Assembly (NCBI GenBank): GCA_963776425.1
Contig: CAVZMG010000002.1
Span: 1,122,732-1,186,731 of the forward strand
Direction of reading: 5' to 3'
Source of the DNA: an uncultured Actinomycetes bacterium
GTDB taxonomy: Bacteria; Actinomycetota; UBA4738; HRBIN12
DNA: 64,000 nt
The notes under the pieces are model-generated. The model saw nothing but the letters and a program-made list of their open reading frames with translations. It made no database searches and was not told where the DNA came from. Below are positions 62,977 through 64,000 of this stretch, piece after piece; positions within the stretch are counted from its first letter, which is position 1, and the number at the start of each line of letters is the position of its first letter. A program made the translations under genes and the position numbers.

Positions 62977-64000
62977 CTAGGTCTGGTCGACCCCCGGTGC
63001 CTGCTGAGCGGCCCGGTACGCCTCCAGCATGTCCTGGATGGAGTCGAAGTACGCGTCCGTTCCGACCAGGTCGGTGATCCCGAACCGATCCAGCTCGGCT
63101 CTGACCTCGTCGTCCACGTCGGCGAACACCAGGCGCGTGCCGTGCTCCTGCATCTGAGCGTGCACGCTGACGAGCGTCTCACCGGCCGAGTAGTCGACGT
63201 CCCCGATCGCCGCCGCGTCGACGCAGAACCAGGTCGGCGCGCCGGCGGCGCGCTCCAGGAACCACCGGATCTCCTCCGAGAACCGGTTCGCGTTGGCGTA
63301 GTAGAGGCTCGCCGCGAAGCGGTAGACGACGAGCCCCGGTTCCACGCCTGCTTCCGTGTGGTCGGACACGGGCACGGAGCGGATCCGTCCCGAGGCTGTT
63401 CCGATCAGCACCGTGTCCTTCGGGCGATAGCCGCGCCGCAGGTGGTCCAGGACCGAGAGCACCATAGCGAGGATGATCCCTTGCTCCACCCCAACGCACA
63501 CCACGACCCCCGCGGTGACCGCGGCGACCACGAACTCATCGGACCGCCAGCGAAGGATCTTCTTCATCCCCAAGGTGTCCACGAGCTCGATGCCGATCAG
63601 GAACACGATCGAGGAGAGCACGGCCTCCGGCATGTACTGCAGGGGCTTCGTCAGGAACAGCAGCACGATCAGGATGATCACGGAAGTCGACAGCGTGGAG
63701 ATCTGACTCCGGCCACCCGCGCCGTCGACCATCTGGGTCTTCGTGGGGCTGCCGTTCACCACGAAGGTTCCGGACAGGCCCGCCGACACGCTGGCCAGCG
63801 ACAAGCCGACGAGATCGACATTCTCGTCGAACGCCTCGTTGTACTTCGCTGCGTAGGCGCGCGAGGTGGCAGCGCTCTGCGCCAGGACGACGATGAAGAT
63901 GGATGCGGCGGTCCGCACCAGATCGGTCCAGTGGTTCCATCCGGAGCTCGGGATGCCGAACGTGGGGAGACCGCCCGGCACCTTGCCGAGGACGGCGACG
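62977..64000 (-). CDS. SulP-family anion transporter, C-terminal part with STAS domain (5' end beyond window)
   Basis: SulP TM core fragments and STAS domain (LVVYRFAASLYYANANRFSEEI...); ORF open to window edge. Confidence 0.8.
   Translation of the reverse strand, partial: VAVLGKVPGGLPTFGIPSSGWNHWTDLVRTAASIFIVVLAQSAATSRAYAAKYNEAFDENVDLVGLSLASVSAGLSGTFVVNGSPTKTQMVDGAGGRSQISTLSTSVIILIVLLFLTKPLQYMPEAVLSSIVFLIGIELVDTLGMKKILRWRSDEFVVAAVTAGVVVCVGVEQGIILAMVLSVLDHLRRGYRPKDTVLIGTASGRIRSVPVSDHTEAGVEPGLVVYRFAASLYYANANRFSEEIRWFLERAAGAPTWFCVDAAAIGDVDYSAGETLVSVHAQMQEHGTRLVFADVDDEVRAELDRFGITDLVGTDAYFDSIQDMLEAYRAAQQAPGVDQT

Overview
High-GC (about 70%) actinobacterial chromosomal window. Gene calls are by motif recognition from the six-frame track; no searches were run. 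Very short overlaps such as GTGA or ATGA are the norm between adjacent genes.

Layout:
- 1-22.8 kb: complete division/cell-wall cluster on the minus strand (mraZ-rsmH-ftsL-ftsI-murE-murF-mraY-murD-ftsW-murG-murC-murB-ftsQ-ftsZ-yggS-sepF-yggT-divIVA). It is flanked by ileS on the plus strand, which has a T-box-like leader, and by DksA-like and DUF167 genes.
- 22.8-28.1 kb: HNH endonuclease, then MoxR / DUF58 / transglutaminase triad.
- 28.1-35 kb: MerR, DUF3040, then a dnaE2-dinB SOS locus preceded by two perfect LexA boxes and three uncharacterised small or membrane genes.
- 35-40.1 kb: DUF402, membrane protein, class-V aminotransferase, UDP-sulfoquinovose synthase (SqdB/SQD1-like) and a membrane GT2.
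- 40.1-45 kb: pseudouridine catabolism (psuG/psuK), AIR-synthase-like gene, thiE.
- 45-55 kb: PASTA kinase coupled to nfo, NAT, sulfite-oxidase-like, ltaE, pfkA, EEP, carbamate kinase, cPGS-like P-loop protein.
- 55-64 kb: mobA, a formate dehydrogenase locus, fdhD, SulP transporter fragment.

Main points from the hunt:
- The formate dehydrogenase catalytic subunit carries an in-frame UGA exactly at the active-site selenocysteine position. Its Fe-S and Mo-cofactor halves are separate genes arranged around a fused fdsGB.
- Single-base frameshifts are seen in murF, pfkA and ltaE, plus a possible one near 44.75 kb. This pattern suggests indel errors in the assembly.
- No tRNA, rRNA, CRISPR or transposase was seen.
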